From assembly GCA_002269645.1 (NCBI GenBank), contig NIVC01000861.1, positions 124,001 to 188,000 on the forward strand: a DNA stretch of 64,000 nt. Direction: 5' to 3'. The DNA is from Macrostomum lignano. Taxonomy: Eukaryota. Positions 29,421 to 41,442 of the stretch are shown here, one piece after another (the stretch's first letter is position 1; each line of letters opens with the position of its first letter). The translations under genes and the position numbers were made by a program. The notes under the pieces were generated by a model. The model was not told where the DNA came from. It ran no database searches and worked only from the letters and a program-made list of their open reading frames with translations.

Positions 29421-29725
29421 TGTAGCTTTTTGTTCCTTCAGATAAATTCAGCCCTTTCATGTGGCCAGCATTGAGCCAATGCGCTTAAAAGAAGTAAAGA
29501 GAATTAGGACAGCAATGGATAATGATTATACAATCAACCGGTCCTTTTTAAAAAGCAAAAAATCTATGCAATCAGTTAAACTTGGATTGCTTAATAAACC
29601 AAACAATAGTTATTGGAACAGTCATAAAGCCGACACTGTTATGCTGAATATATATGCTGTTATAAATGCCGCTATAAGAAGTATATAAATAAAAAAGAGA
29701 TCATTAAATGAATGCTTTTCAGTCT

Positions 29726-32280
29726 ATGGCCGCCTCAACTAATCGTTGTCCAGTAAAAGGCTGCGACTCTCGCGGTCACGTGAATCCCTCAATTAGCCAG
29801 CACTGCACCCTCACAGCCTGTCCGGCTTATAGAGACCGCACTGGTCAACCCTGCGAGCCAGATTTAAGTCGGGTACCGTTGGAGAATCGCCAATCTTTGC
29901 AGCTGTTTCGCGAGGCTCAAAATGCTTTGGCTAGCGACACTGAACAGGATATGCTGGCCCATTGGCGCATGCTGCCCTCCGAGTATCAGGTGGAACAGGT
30001 GGGTGGCGAAAGCTTTTTATCTACTAGCGTATGGATACTATTCAAGTCTATTCACATTGTTGATCTATGTGTAGATATCTATTATCTAGATTTGTCTAAC
30101 CGTCTATCTACAGATGTCTCCATTCATCTCTGGATGTCTAGATATTAAGATATATCTTTAGATTATAGATATCTAATATCTATAGGCGTCTATATCCCTC
30201 CTATCTAATATCTAATAATAGTCGTCTCTATGATTTCCTGTCTGATATCTATAGGCGTCTATATCCCTCATATGTGATATCTATAGGCGTCTATATCCCT
30301 CATATGTAATATCTATAGGCGTCCATATCCCCCAGGTAATATCTATAGGCGTCTATATCTCTTCTTTATCTTGCCTCTTTCTAAACTCGTAGCATCGCTT
30401 AACTTAATCTGTTCCTTAACCATGTCTAATTGTCTAATTGTCCTTTTTGTTACAATGCTTTACGTGTCAAAATATACACGTAATTAGTTTAATTAGTTTA
30501 ATGTCAACAAAAATCGCAGGTTGCCATTGGCAACGCTCTACTAGACGTCTGGTACAAATCCTGCCTGCCAGCCGATCTAGCCTGCGTACCGGTGCTGCAC
30601 TATTGCGAATTCTGTCTGGCCTGCTTCACCCAGCGCCTGTCCTTGACGAGGCATTCGAGAAAGTGCGCCTGCCGGCATCCGCCCGGTGTGGAGGTCTATC
30701 GGGAAGGTTAGCTTTTGTGCAGAATACTCGATGTCTGATGCTTAAAGTGTGGCGGTTCCAAATATTTGGGTTGGGCGCGGTGGTTCAGCAACTGGGGATC
30801 TGGGAGGCTGGCCCAGCAACTAAGGATCTGGGAGGCTGGCCCAGCAACTAAGGATCTGGGAGGCTGGCCCAGCAACTGAGGATCTGAGAGGCTGGCCCAG
30901 CAACTGAGGATCTGGTAGGCTGGCAGCCCAGCAACTAAGGATCTGGGAGGCTGGCCTAGCAACTTGAGGATCTGTAATTGTTCAAAGAAAGTGAAGCTAG
31001 AAATCCGAGTAGATTAGATGAGGCAAAAGGTGGGTTTGTATTGGTGGAAGTGGTGAAGCCAAATATGAAAAAAAACTTTTGTTTGTTTCTGTGCACAAGT
31101 TTGACACTGACTCGAACTGCAGTCATTTCTACACCGTTCCTTTCTCGCACCGCTGCCGCCCACGCAGGCCAGGTGTCGCTGTTCGAAGTGGACGGCCGGC
31201 ATTTCCGGGCCTACTGTCAGAGTCTTTGCCGGCTGGCGAAATTCTTCATTCGTCACAAAACTCTTGTTGAAGGCGTCGAAGCTTTCGTGTTCTACGTGCT
31301 GACAGAGGCTGACCAGACTGGGTGTCGTCTGATTGGCTACTTCTCTAAGGAGAAGAGATCCCTGCTCAATTATAATCTGTCCTGTCTGCTGGTGAGATTC
31401 TGCTTGATTTTGTAGTTTGATTTTCTATTGGCCTTTGTCGAGGGCAAGAATGTAGGCTGAGATTCTGAAATCTCTATTATCTAGGGTGAGATTCTGAAAT
31501 CTATATTATCAAGGGTGAGATTCTAAAATCTATATTATCTAGATTGAGATTCTGAAATTTCTATTATATAGCGTGAGATTCTTAAATCTCTATTATCTAG
31601 GGTGAGATTCTGAAATCTCTATTGTCTAGGGTGAGATTTCTGAAATCTCTATTATATAGGGTGAGATTCTGAAATATTTATTATCTAGGGTGAGATTCTG
31701 AAATCTCTATTGTCTAGGGTGAGATTCGGAAATCTATTATCCAGGGTGAGATTCTTAAATCTCAATTATCTAAAGGATAAGATTCTGAAATCTACAGTAA
31801 CGTTCCTTAATTACGGTAAGAATTCTCTGAATCCCGATTGAGTTAGTGGCATTGCATTTTCAGGTATTCCCAAACCACATGCGCAAGGGCTTCGGCTTCC
31901 TATTGATCGACCTCAGCTACCGCATCAGCCAGCTGGAGGGCAGCGTCGGGTCGCCGGAGCGGCCGCTATCAGACGCCGGCCTGGCCGCCTATCGCAAGTA
32001 CTGGACTCGAGCCCTGCTCACCAGACTGCTAGAGCATCAGGGCACCGATATTAGCGTTCGCGATCTCAGCCAGGAGACCGGCATTCACGCTAACGATATC
32101 GTGAGCACGCTGCAGTCTCTCGAGCTATTAAAGTACTGGCGCGGCGAGCACTTTATACTGGCTGATAAAAACCGGCTGAGACAGAAGCTGTCCGCCTGTC
32201 TGTCCACCTACATGAGGCTGGCCGACCCGGCCTGTCTGAGCTGGCGGCCGGCTGACTATCTGACTGGCGGGACAGCCTGA
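29726..32280 (+). CDS. KAT7: MYST histone acetyltransferase, KAT7/HBO1-like; exons 29726-29998, 30520-30706, 31168-31391, 31864-32280 (~366 aa)
   Basis: N-terminal C2HC finger [12 protein letters not shown]....ACP as in KAT7; MYST C2HC (CEFC..H...C); [46 protein letters not shown]. Splice phases are consistent. Confidence 0.88.
30165..30360. repeat. ~32-bp repeat (ATATCTATAGGCGTCTATATCCC core) in KAT7 intron 1
   Basis: The core recurs about 5 times. Confidence 0.8.
30785..30975. repeat. 28-bp minisatellite (GATCTGGGAGGCTGGCCCAGCAACTRAG) in KAT7 intron 2
   Basis: Period 28; reverse complement of the array at 41838-42385. Confidence 0.92.
31455..31795. repeat. ~29-bp minisatellite (CTAGGGTGAGATTCTGAAATCTCTATTAT) in KAT7 intron 3
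   Basis: Period ~29. Confidence 0.9.
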
Positions 32281-32299
32281 GCTGCCGTCTGCTCGTTTG

Positions 32300-32520
32300 G
32301 GACTGTGTGAGTGTCTGTGTCTGTCTGTCCGTCTGTCTGTCTGTCTGTGTGTCTGTCTGTCTGTCTGTCTGTCTGTGTCTGTCTGTCTGACTGTGTGTCT
32401 GTCTGTCTGTCTGTCTGCCTGTCTGTGTCTGTCTGTCTGTCTGTCTGTCTGCCTGTCTGTGTCTGTCTGTCTGTCTGTGTGTCTGTCTGTCTGTCTGTCT
32501 GTCTGTCCGCCTGTCTGTCC
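32300..32520. repeat. (TGTC)n microsatellite just after the KAT7 stop
   Basis: Tetranucleotide run. Confidence 0.95.
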
Positions 32521-33049
32521 ACCATATGTAATTTTTTGTCCTTCTGTTTATATCTGTATGCTAGCGTAATTGTTTATATTTAGCTACTATAAATTTCTGT
32601 TAATATTGTGTTAGTGCGTTGTCTCAAAATCATGCTAAACCAAGTCCTGGTATCTTCTAATTTCTTTTTTTTGTCAATTGTATGTAATGTACAAAAAGTA
32701 AAAAATAACATATTGATTGGCATTTCAGCTTGCTGACCGATTTTGCTTTGTAAACATGAAAAGTAACGTGATTATCTAGTCTTTCTGGGTGCTTATTTTC
32801 AGATATCTGGAGAATTAGGTTTGTTAATAGGTAGATTCGATTTCTGTATAATTGATAAGACAGGAATTAGCATAGTCACATAGTAATGAGGTGATTTTAC
32901 TATGCCATACTGACAATCTAGACTACACTAGAAATCCAAACTATACACAGACTAGCACTAAATAACCGTTTGAACAAGCGATCCATGCCATTCATAGACT
33001 AGTTAATTAATAATTGATAAAACCTGCCCTAATGGGCAGATATGCAACT

Positions 33050-33272
33050 GACAGCTCAAGGCTGTTCAGTCCAAGGACTGGGGGTCGCTACACACACCCT
33101 CAATTACCCCAGCTAATGCTGGCAGGCGCCCATTTTACAGCTGGGTGAACTGAAGCAGTGCAGAGTTAAGTGTCTTGCTCAAGGACACAAAGCGTTGTGA
33201 GTAGGTAGAGAATCAAACCCCCGACCTTTCAGTCGTGAGTTTGACGCTCTAACCACTAGGCTGCAGGCCCCC
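33050..33272 (-). mobile_element. tRNA-derived CORE-SINE (MIR-like)
   Basis: The minus strand has an A-box (TAGTGGTTAGAG) and B-box (GGTTTGATTC), then the CORE-like TGTGTCCTTGAGCAAGACACTTAAC...CCCAGCTGTAAAATGGG. The 3' end is approximate. Confidence 0.8.
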
Positions 33273-33282
33273 TGCAACCCCC

Positions 33283-33700
33283 ATAGACTAGCAATCCATA
33301 CTATTCATAGACTAGCAATCCATACTATTCATAGACTAGCAATCTAAACTATTCATAGACTAGCAATCTAAACTATTCATAGACTAGCAATCCAATTCAT
33401 AGACTAGCAATCCAATTCATAGACTAGCAATCCAATTCATAGACTAGCAATCCAATTCATAGACTAGCAATACTATTCATAGACTAGCCATCCAATTCAT
33501 AGACTAGCAATCCAATTCATAGACTAGCAATCCAATTCATAGACTAGCAATCCAATTCATAGACTAGCAATCCAATTCATAGACTAGCAATCCAATTCAT
33601 AGACTAGCAATACTATTCATAGACTAGCCATCCAATTCATAGACTAGCAATACTATTCATAGACTAGCAATCCAATTCATAGACTAGCAATCCAATTAAT
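33283..33700. repeat. 20-bp minisatellite (ATTCATAGACTAGCAATCCA)
   Basis: Period 20 with longer variants. Confidence 0.95.
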
Positions 33701-33718
33701 TAAGTAGCAATATTTTCT

Positions 33719-34177
33719 ATGAATTCAGCAATCCTTGAAACCAGCTATCATTTGCCCCATCCCCAGTTCGGTCCAAGTCACACCAGTCGGGTTCGTCAGC
33801 TGTACAAGCTGATTTTACGCCTGCATCGCTCGTTGCCAGGCGATCTCCGTTCCCTTGGCGACCATTACGCTCGGGCGGAGTTTCGTCGGCATTTGAACTG
33901 CACCGAGCCGCAGGCTGCTGAGTTCATGCTGCAGTGGGCGGATTACGCCTCGGTGCTCAGCAGGCAGATTAGCGACAGTTTAAAAGAAGCCGACAGATCT
34001 TCAATTGGTTCCTCTGCTAGTCTACAGTCTCCCATAGCAACCGTTGCTAATGAAAATTCTACGAGTTCGTATGGCGTCTGTTTAAATCGAGAACAATTGG
34101 ATCATCTGGCCGACCATCAATTGGCTCAATTGTTTGAGTTGTACAAGCACACTACTAATAGTACTAGTACTCATTAA
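33719..34177 (+). CDS. SDHAF3: Succinate dehydrogenase assembly factor 3 (ACN9/LYR family); true start uncertain
   Basis: HTSRVRQLYKLILRLHRSLPGDLRSLGDHYARAEFRRH..EFMLQWADYA matches the SDHAF3 LYR domain; C-terminal QLDHLADHQLAQLFEL. Confidence 0.88.
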   Translation: MNSAILETSYHLPHPQFGPSHTSRVRQLYKLILRLHRSLPGDLRSLGDHYARAEFRRHLNCTEPQAAEFMLQWADYASVLSRQISDSLKEADRSSIGSSASLQSPIATVANENSTSSYGVCLNREQLDHLADHQLAQLFELYKHTTNSTSTH

Positions 34178-34296
34178 TTGCGATGTTTTTTCAGTTTCAC
34201 AACTTGTTACATTATTTTTTTAGTTTGCATTATAGTTTACTGGTGCGACTCTTATTGTGTTGAGCATAGGAAACTAGACAAATGTCGATTGCGGTC

Positions 34297-35197
34297 CCGG
34301 AAATCTTCACCCTCCTAAATTTATGATTCCGGAAATCTTCACCCTCCTAAATTTATGATTCCGGAAATCTTCACCCTCCTAAATTTATGATCCTGGAAAT
34401 CTCACTCTCCTAGATTTATGATTCCGGAAATCTTCACCCTCCTAAATTTATGATCCTGGAAATCTCACTCTCCTAGATTTATGATTCCGGAAATCTTCAC
34501 CCTCCTAAATTTATGATCCTGGAAATCTCACTCTCCTAAATTTATGATCCTGGAAATCTCACCCTCCTAAATTTATGATCCTGGAAATCTCACTCTCCTA
34601 AATTTATGATCCTGGAAATCTCACCCTCCTAAATTTATGATCCTGGAAATCTCACTCTCCTAAATTTATGATTCCGGAAATCTTCACCCTCCTAAATTAA
34701 TGATCCTGGAAATCTCACCCTCCTAAATTTATGATTCCGGAAATCTCACCCTCCTAGATTTATGATTCTGGAAATCTCACTCTCCTAGATTTATGATTCC
34801 GGAAATCTCACTCTCCTAGATTTATGATTCCGGAAATCTCACTCTCCTAGATTTATGATTCCGGAAATCTCACTCTCCTAGATTTATGATTCCGGAAATC
34901 TCACCCTCCTAGATTTATGATTCCGGAAATCTTCACCCTCCTAGATTTTTGTTTCCGGAAATCTCACCCTCCTAGATTTATGATTCCGGAAATCTCACCC
35001 TCCTAGATTTATGATTCCGGAAATCTCACCCTCCTAGATTTATGATTCCGGAAATCTCACCCTCCTAGATTTATGATTCCGGAAATCTCACCCTCCTAGA
35101 TTTATGATTCCGGAAATCTCACCCTTCTAGATTTATGATTCCGGAAATCTCACCCTTCTAGATTTATGATTCCGGAAATCTCACCCTACTAGATTTA
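34297..35197. repeat. 31/32-bp minisatellite (CCGGAAATCTCACCCTCCTAGATTTATGATT)
   Basis: Period 31-32. Confidence 0.95.
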
Positions 35198-36039
35198 AGT
35201 CACCAAATTACATGTTTCGCTTTCGTTGTTTAACGTCTCTTTCGATTTGCGGAGATAAATTTAAAGAGTCGCATGGGGAGGTGATTAGGAGAAGGGAAAG
35301 AGTTGTTGTGTTTTTCTAACCGGTGCTGACGGTTTAGATTTAGATTTTTCGTTGCGAATATTCTTTATTTTAAACTTTTAAACTTATTATCTTTCGTTAA
35401 ATATTGATTGTACAACTTTAGCAGTTACTAAAGCATTAGTTACTACTGTTAATGGTGTGTTATTTTTACACATTACCGTATAGATTACACTTTATCGCAT
35501 GTTGCTGTGTTGATAAAGTGCAAGGACAGTCCGTAGTAGATCTAACTATAATCTATTTCAGTAACAACTATGGTACGAGCTACACTTTTTAAGCTTGCAT
35601 CAGTTATTTTTAATGAATAATTTATTATGTATAATTAAACTGCCTGCATACCCTTATTTACCTTTTGTAGGTCTTTGACTATAAATGGAAATAGAAATAT
35701 TTTCACTGTGCGGTTTACTAAAATTAACAGCAGAAAATTGTGTAAAAATTTCTGTTGGCCTTATTAACGAATAAAAATTTCCTAACATTTGCGACACTAG
35801 CTATTCTTTTACAGGCACAAATCCACATCGTTAAATTCGTCATATGTAAGTTATATAAACTCAATTTGTTGTAAAAAAAACCAATTATAAATCTTATAAA
35901 TTGATCCATGCTCAATAATTAACATTATTAAACGTGTTTCTGCGATTTTTTTCATAGACTTCTAAATTAAAATGCGTTTTGTTATTACTTTTTGGTTTTG
36001 TTCTAAAAATAGTTTTCTGTTTGCTTGCTACAAGCATTC

Positions 36040-37660
36040 ACCACCCCACATGGATAAGCCATAGATATCGCCCAACCTCAAACACAGAACACCCACCACC
36101 CAATGGATAAGCCATAAGATATCCCCCAACCCCAAACACAGAACACCCACCGCGTGACCGCTCCACATGGATAAGTCATAGATATCCCCCAACCCCAAAC
36201 ACAAAACACCCACCACCCCACATAGATAAGCCATAGATGGCCCCCGACCCCAAACACAGAACACTTACCACCTCACATAGATAAGTTATAGATGGTCCCC
36301 GACCCCAAAACAACTCCCAACCACTCACATAGATAAGCCATAGAAGCCATAGAGTTTTACCACAAACGCAGAACACCCACCGCCCCACATGGATAAGCCA
36401 TAGATATCCCCCAACCCCAAACACAGAACACTTACCACCCCACATGGATAAGCCATAGATGGCCCCCGACCCCAAACGCAGAACACCCACCACCCCACAT
36501 AGATAAGCCATAGATATCCCCAACCCCAAACGCAGAACACCCACCACCCCACATAGATAAGCCATAGATATCCCCAACCCCAAACATAAAACATCCACCA
36601 CCCCACATAGATAAGCCATAGATGGCCCCCGACCCCAAACACAAAACATCCACCACCCCACATAGATAAGCCATAGATATCCCCAACCCCAAACACAAAA
36701 CATCCACCACCCCACATAGATAAGCCATAGATGGCCCCCGACCCCAAACACAAAACATCCACCACCCCACATAGATAAGCCATAGATATCCACAACCCCA
36801 AACACAAAACATCCACCACCCCACATAGATAAGCCATAGATATCCCCCAACCCCAAACACAGAACACTTACCACCCCACATGGATAAGGCATAGATGGCC
36901 CCCGACCCCAAACGCAGAACACCCACCACCCCACATAGATAAGCCATAGATATCCCCAACCCCAAACGCAGAACACCCACCACCCCACATAGATAAGCCA
37001 TAGATATCCCCAACCCCAAACATAAAACATCCACCACCCCACATAGATAAGCCATAGATGGCCCCCGACCCCAAACACAAAACATCCACCACCCCACATA
37101 GATAAGCCATAGATATCCCCAACCCCAAACACAAAACATCCACCACCCCACATAGATAAGCCATAGATGGCCCCCGACCCCAAACACAAAACATCCACCA
37201 CCCCACATAGATAAGCCATAGATATCCACAACCCCAAACACAAAACATCCACCACCCCACATAGATAAGCCATAGATGGCCCCCGACCCCAAACACAAAA
37301 CATCCACCACCCCACATAGATAAGCCATAGATATCCCCAACCCCTAACACAAAACATCCACCACCCCACATAGATAAGCCATAGATATCCCCAACCCCAA
37401 ACATAAAACATCCACCACCCCACATAGATAAGCCATAGATATCCCCAACCCCAAACACAAAACATCCACCACCCCACATAGATAAGCCATAGATATCCCC
37501 AACCCCTAACACAAAACATCCACCACCCCACATAGATAAGCCATAGATGGCCCCCGACCCCAAACACAAAACATCCACCACCCCACATAGATAAGCCATA
37601 GATATCCCCAACCCCAAACGCAGAACACCCACCACCTAACATAGATAAATCATAGATGAC
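36040..37660. repeat. 54/55-bp minisatellite (CACATAGATAAGCCATAGAT...CCCCAAACACAAAACATCCACCACCC)
   Basis: Period 54-55 with two alternating unit types. Confidence 0.95.
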
Positions 37661-37784
37661 TTCAACTCCAAGCGCAAAACACCCTCCACCGCAAAAAGCT
37701 TAAGTCATAAATCTTGTGTCTGAGCTAAAATGCCAGATTATTTAACCCATAATATTTTCAAAGTCGGATTGTCTTCAATAATTT

Positions 37785-38759
37785 ATGCCTCAGGTAGTCT
37801 TATCTGACAAGTCGGAAGCGCTGCTGGCGGCAGCTCTTAGGGAGCCGGGCATCGTGACCTGTTTTGCCCAATCTCATGGCCGCTTAGAATGCCTAGCAGC
37901 CGCCCTATCCTCCCTAGCAACCGCTTCAGCGTCCTTAGCAACCGTCTCGCCGTCCAAGCGTCAAACATTGGCATTGCATCTCGGCATTGATTCGCGCTTA
38001 TCAGTTGCTATGCACTGCTCTGAGGAGCTTCAACTCATCAACTGTCTGGAGGCGGATCTGTCCAAGACTCGAACTCGCGTCCTTCGCGAATCTTTAGCCG
38101 CCAGTCGTCAAGGCGGTTTCGTAGTCCTATATCCGATTGGTCCCCTGCTGCAGATTCTTCAAGTTGAACAGCTCATTCAATTAGCAACGCTATTGGTTGC
38201 TAAGCAATCTTGTACGGTTGCTATGGTGATTGATCAAAGCTCGATTTCCGATTCAGATGCCGATTTGTTGCTAAGCTCAGCTGCTACTGTCGTACACGCA
38301 GATAATAGTCAACAACTAACAGACAAAGCCGGTTGCGGTGGCTTCCTATTAGAAGTTGAGCGCCGTCTCTTGAGCGGAAAAATGCCAACGGAACGATTGC
38401 GGTTGCTATGCAACGCTGGGCGCTATAATTTACCGGCTAGGCTGTTTCTGCGCAGAGATGAAGTCGCCGAAACCGCTGCGTCAGCAACAGCAGGGGAGGA
38501 GGATAAAGAAAAATCTTTGAGCACTTCCGCTTCCGGTCAATCGGGAGCTGCTGCCATGGACTCATTGACTTCATTCCGGCTAGGCCTGACTACGCAGGAA
38601 GTTAAAGAACGCGCCGATGTTGTGCTGCCTCATCATCGGCCAATTGAATCTTCTACTCATGCTACTAATAATAGAAGAGGAGGAGGCCGCATAGATTACT
38701 GCCCGCAGCCTGAGGACGACTGGGATGACGAGGATCCCGATGACGATTTGGGAATCTGA
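37785..38759 (+). CDS. ELP5: Elongator complex subunit 5, intronless, 324 aa
   Basis: The C-terminus LTSFRLGLTTQEVKERADVVLP...GRIDYCPQPEDDWDDEDPDDDLGI is characteristic of ELP5. Confidence 0.82.
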   Translation: MPQVVLSDKSEALLAAALREPGIVTCFAQSHGRLECLAAALSSLATASASLATVSPSKRQTLALHLGIDSRLSVAMHCSEELQLINCLEADLSKTRTRVLRESLAASRQGGFVVLYPIGPLLQILQVEQLIQLATLLVAKQSCTVAMVIDQSSISDSDADLLLSSAATVVHADNSQQLTDKAGCGGFLLEVERRLLSGKMPTERLRLLCNAGRYNLPARLFLRRDEVAETAASATAGEEDKEKSLSTSASGQSGAAAMDSLTSFRLGLTTQEVKERADVVLPHHRPIESSTHATNNRRGGGRIDYCPQPEDDWDDEDPDDDLGI

Positions 38760-38947
38760 CAAGTTTTTTAACTGCGTTCGCTTTGCTTTTGCTTTGATCT
38801 GACCTGTGCAAAGTAATCAAATATACTACTGGCATTGTAAGATTACATTTACAAAATATGAATATACTTCATACTGCATTCTTCATTGCCGTTTGGACTT
38901 CCTATTTATCTTTGAATAATTCCCTGTTGATTTTAAGCTTATTATTT

Positions 38948-40870
38948 GAATAATTCCCATCTGAGCTTCTCATTCATCTGATGAATAATTCCCATCTGAG
39001 CTTCTCATTCATCTGATGAATAATTCCCATCTGAGCTTCTCATTCATCTGATGAATAATTCCCATCTGAGCTTCTCATTCATCTGATGAATAATTCCCAT
39101 CTGAGCTTCTCATTCATCTGATGAATAATTCCCATCTGAGCTTCTCATTCATCTGATGAATAATTCCCATCTGAGCTTCTCATTCATCTGATGAATAATT
39201 CCCATCTGAGCTTCTCATTCATCTGATGAATAATTCCCATCTGAGCTTCTCATTCATCTGATGAATAATTCCCATCTGAGTTTCTCATTCTCATTCATCT
39301 GATGAATAATTCCCATCTGAGCTTCTCATTCATCTGATGAATAATTTCCATCTGAGCTTCTCATTCATCTGATGAATAATTCCCATCTGAGTTTCTCATT
39401 CTCATTCATCTGATGAATAATTCCCATCTGAGCTTCTCATTCTCATTCATCTGATGAATAATTCCCATCTGAGCTTCTCATTCTCATTCATCTGATGAAT
39501 AATTCCCATCTGAGTTTCTCATTCATCTGATGAATAATTCCCATCTGAGCTTCTCATTCATCTGATGAATAATTCCCATCTGAGCTTCTCATTCATCTGA
39601 TGAATAATTCCCATCTGAGTTTCTCATTCTCATTCATCTGATGAATAATTCCCATCTGAGCTTCTCATTCTCATTCATCTGATGAATAATTCCCATCTGA
39701 GCTTCTCATTCTCATTCATCTGATGAATAATTCCCATCTGAGCTTCTCATTCTCATTCATCTGATGAATAATTCCCATCTGAGCTTCTCATTCTCATTCA
39801 TCTGATGAATAATTCCCATCTGAGCTTCTCATTCTCATTCATCTGATGAATAATTCCCATCTGAGCTTCTCATTCTCATTCATCTGATGAATAATTCCCA
39901 TCTGAGCTTCTCATTCTCATTCATCTGATGAATAATTCCCATCTGAGCTTCTCATTCTCATTCATCTGATGAATAATTCCCATCTGAGCTTCTCATTCTC
40001 ATTCATCTGATGAATAATTCCCATCTGAGCTTCTCATTCTCATTCATCTGATGAATAATTCCCATCTGAGCTTCTCATTCTCATTCATCTGATGAATAAT
40101 TCCCATCTGAGCTTCTCATTCTCATTCATCTGATGAATAATTCCCATCTGAGCTTCTCATTCTCATTCATCTGATGAATAATTCCCATCTGAGCTTCTCA
40201 TTCTCATTCATCTGATGAATAATTCCCATCTGAGCTTCTCATTCTCATTCATCTGATGAATAATTCCCATCTGAGCTTCTCATTCTCATTCATCTGATGA
40301 ATAATTCCCATCTGAGTTTCTCATTCATCTGATGAATAATTCCCATCTGAGTTTCTCATTCATCTGATGAATAATTCCCATCTGAGTTTCTCATTCATCT
40401 GATGAATAATTCCCCTCTGAGTTTCTCATTCATCTGATGAATAATTCCCATCTGAGTTTCTCATTCATCTGATGAATAATTCCCATCTGAGTTTCTCATT
40501 CATCTGATGAATAATTCCCATCTGAGTTTCTCATTCATCTGATGAATAATTCCCATCTGAGTTTCTCATTCATCTGATGAATAATTCCCATCTGAGCTTC
40601 TCATTCATCTGATGAATAATTCCCATCTGAGTTTCTCATTCATCTGATGAATAATTCCCATCTGAGCTTCTCATTCATCTGATGAATAATTCCCATCTGA
40701 GTTTCTCATTCATCTGATGAATAATTTCCATCTGAGCTTCTCATTCATCTGATGAATAATTCCCATCTGAGCTTCTCATTCATCTGATGAATAATTCCCA
40801 TCTGAGCTTCTCATTCATCTGATGAATAATTCCCATCTGAGCTTCTCATTCATCTGATGAATAATTCCCC
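38948..40870. repeat. 35-bp minisatellite (ATAATTCCCATCTGAGCTTCTCATTCATCTGATGA) with central 41-bp variant
   Basis: Period 35; central units carry an extra TCTCAT. Confidence 0.97.
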
Positions 40871-40894
40871 TCTTGAGCTTCTTAGCTTAGTCTT

Positions 40895-41310
40895 AGAAAT
40901 AATTCTCCTTTAAGCTTCTTAGTCAAAGGAATAATTCCCCCATAAGCTAAATAATTCTCCTTTAAGCTTCTTAGTCAAAGGAATAATTCCCCCATAAGCT
41001 AAATAATTCTCCTTTAAGCTTCTTAGTCATAGGAATAATTCCACTATAAGCGAAATAATTCTCCTTTAAGCTTCTTAGTCATAGGAATAATTCCCCCATA
41101 AGCAAAATAATTCTCCTTTAAGCTACTTAGTCATAGGAATAATTCCCCCATAAGCGAAATAATTCTCCTTTAAGCTTCTTAGTCATAGGAATAATTCCCC
41201 CATAAGCGAAATAATTCTCCTTTAAGCTTCTTAGTCATAGGAATAATTCCCCCAAAAGCGAAATAATTCTCCTTTAAGCTTCTTAGTCATAGGAATAATT
41301 CCCCCATAAG
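40895..41310. repeat. 52-bp minisatellite (AATAATTCTCCTTTAAGCTTCTTAGTCATAGGAATAATTCCCCCATAAGCGA)
   Basis: Period 52; internally a dimer of AATAATTC(C/T)C..AAGC subunits. Confidence 0.92.
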
Positions 41311-41442
41311 TAGCGGTATAATTTGATTTGCCAACCTATCAACTTATTTGAAAAAAATTAACGACTAAAAACGATTTATGATTAATATAAAAATCTTGCA
41401 ATTTAATTGATTCACTTTTCACTGCTGGCCCGAAATGCCCGC

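Noticed and set aside
33195-33272. tRNA gene
   Set aside because: The A and B boxes run directly into a CORE domain and no complete cloverleaf acceptor stem is evident; it is better explained as a SINE head.
36028-37642. Long hydrophobic Trp/Gly-rich minus-strand ORFs
   Set aside because: They are translations of the 54/55-bp minisatellite.
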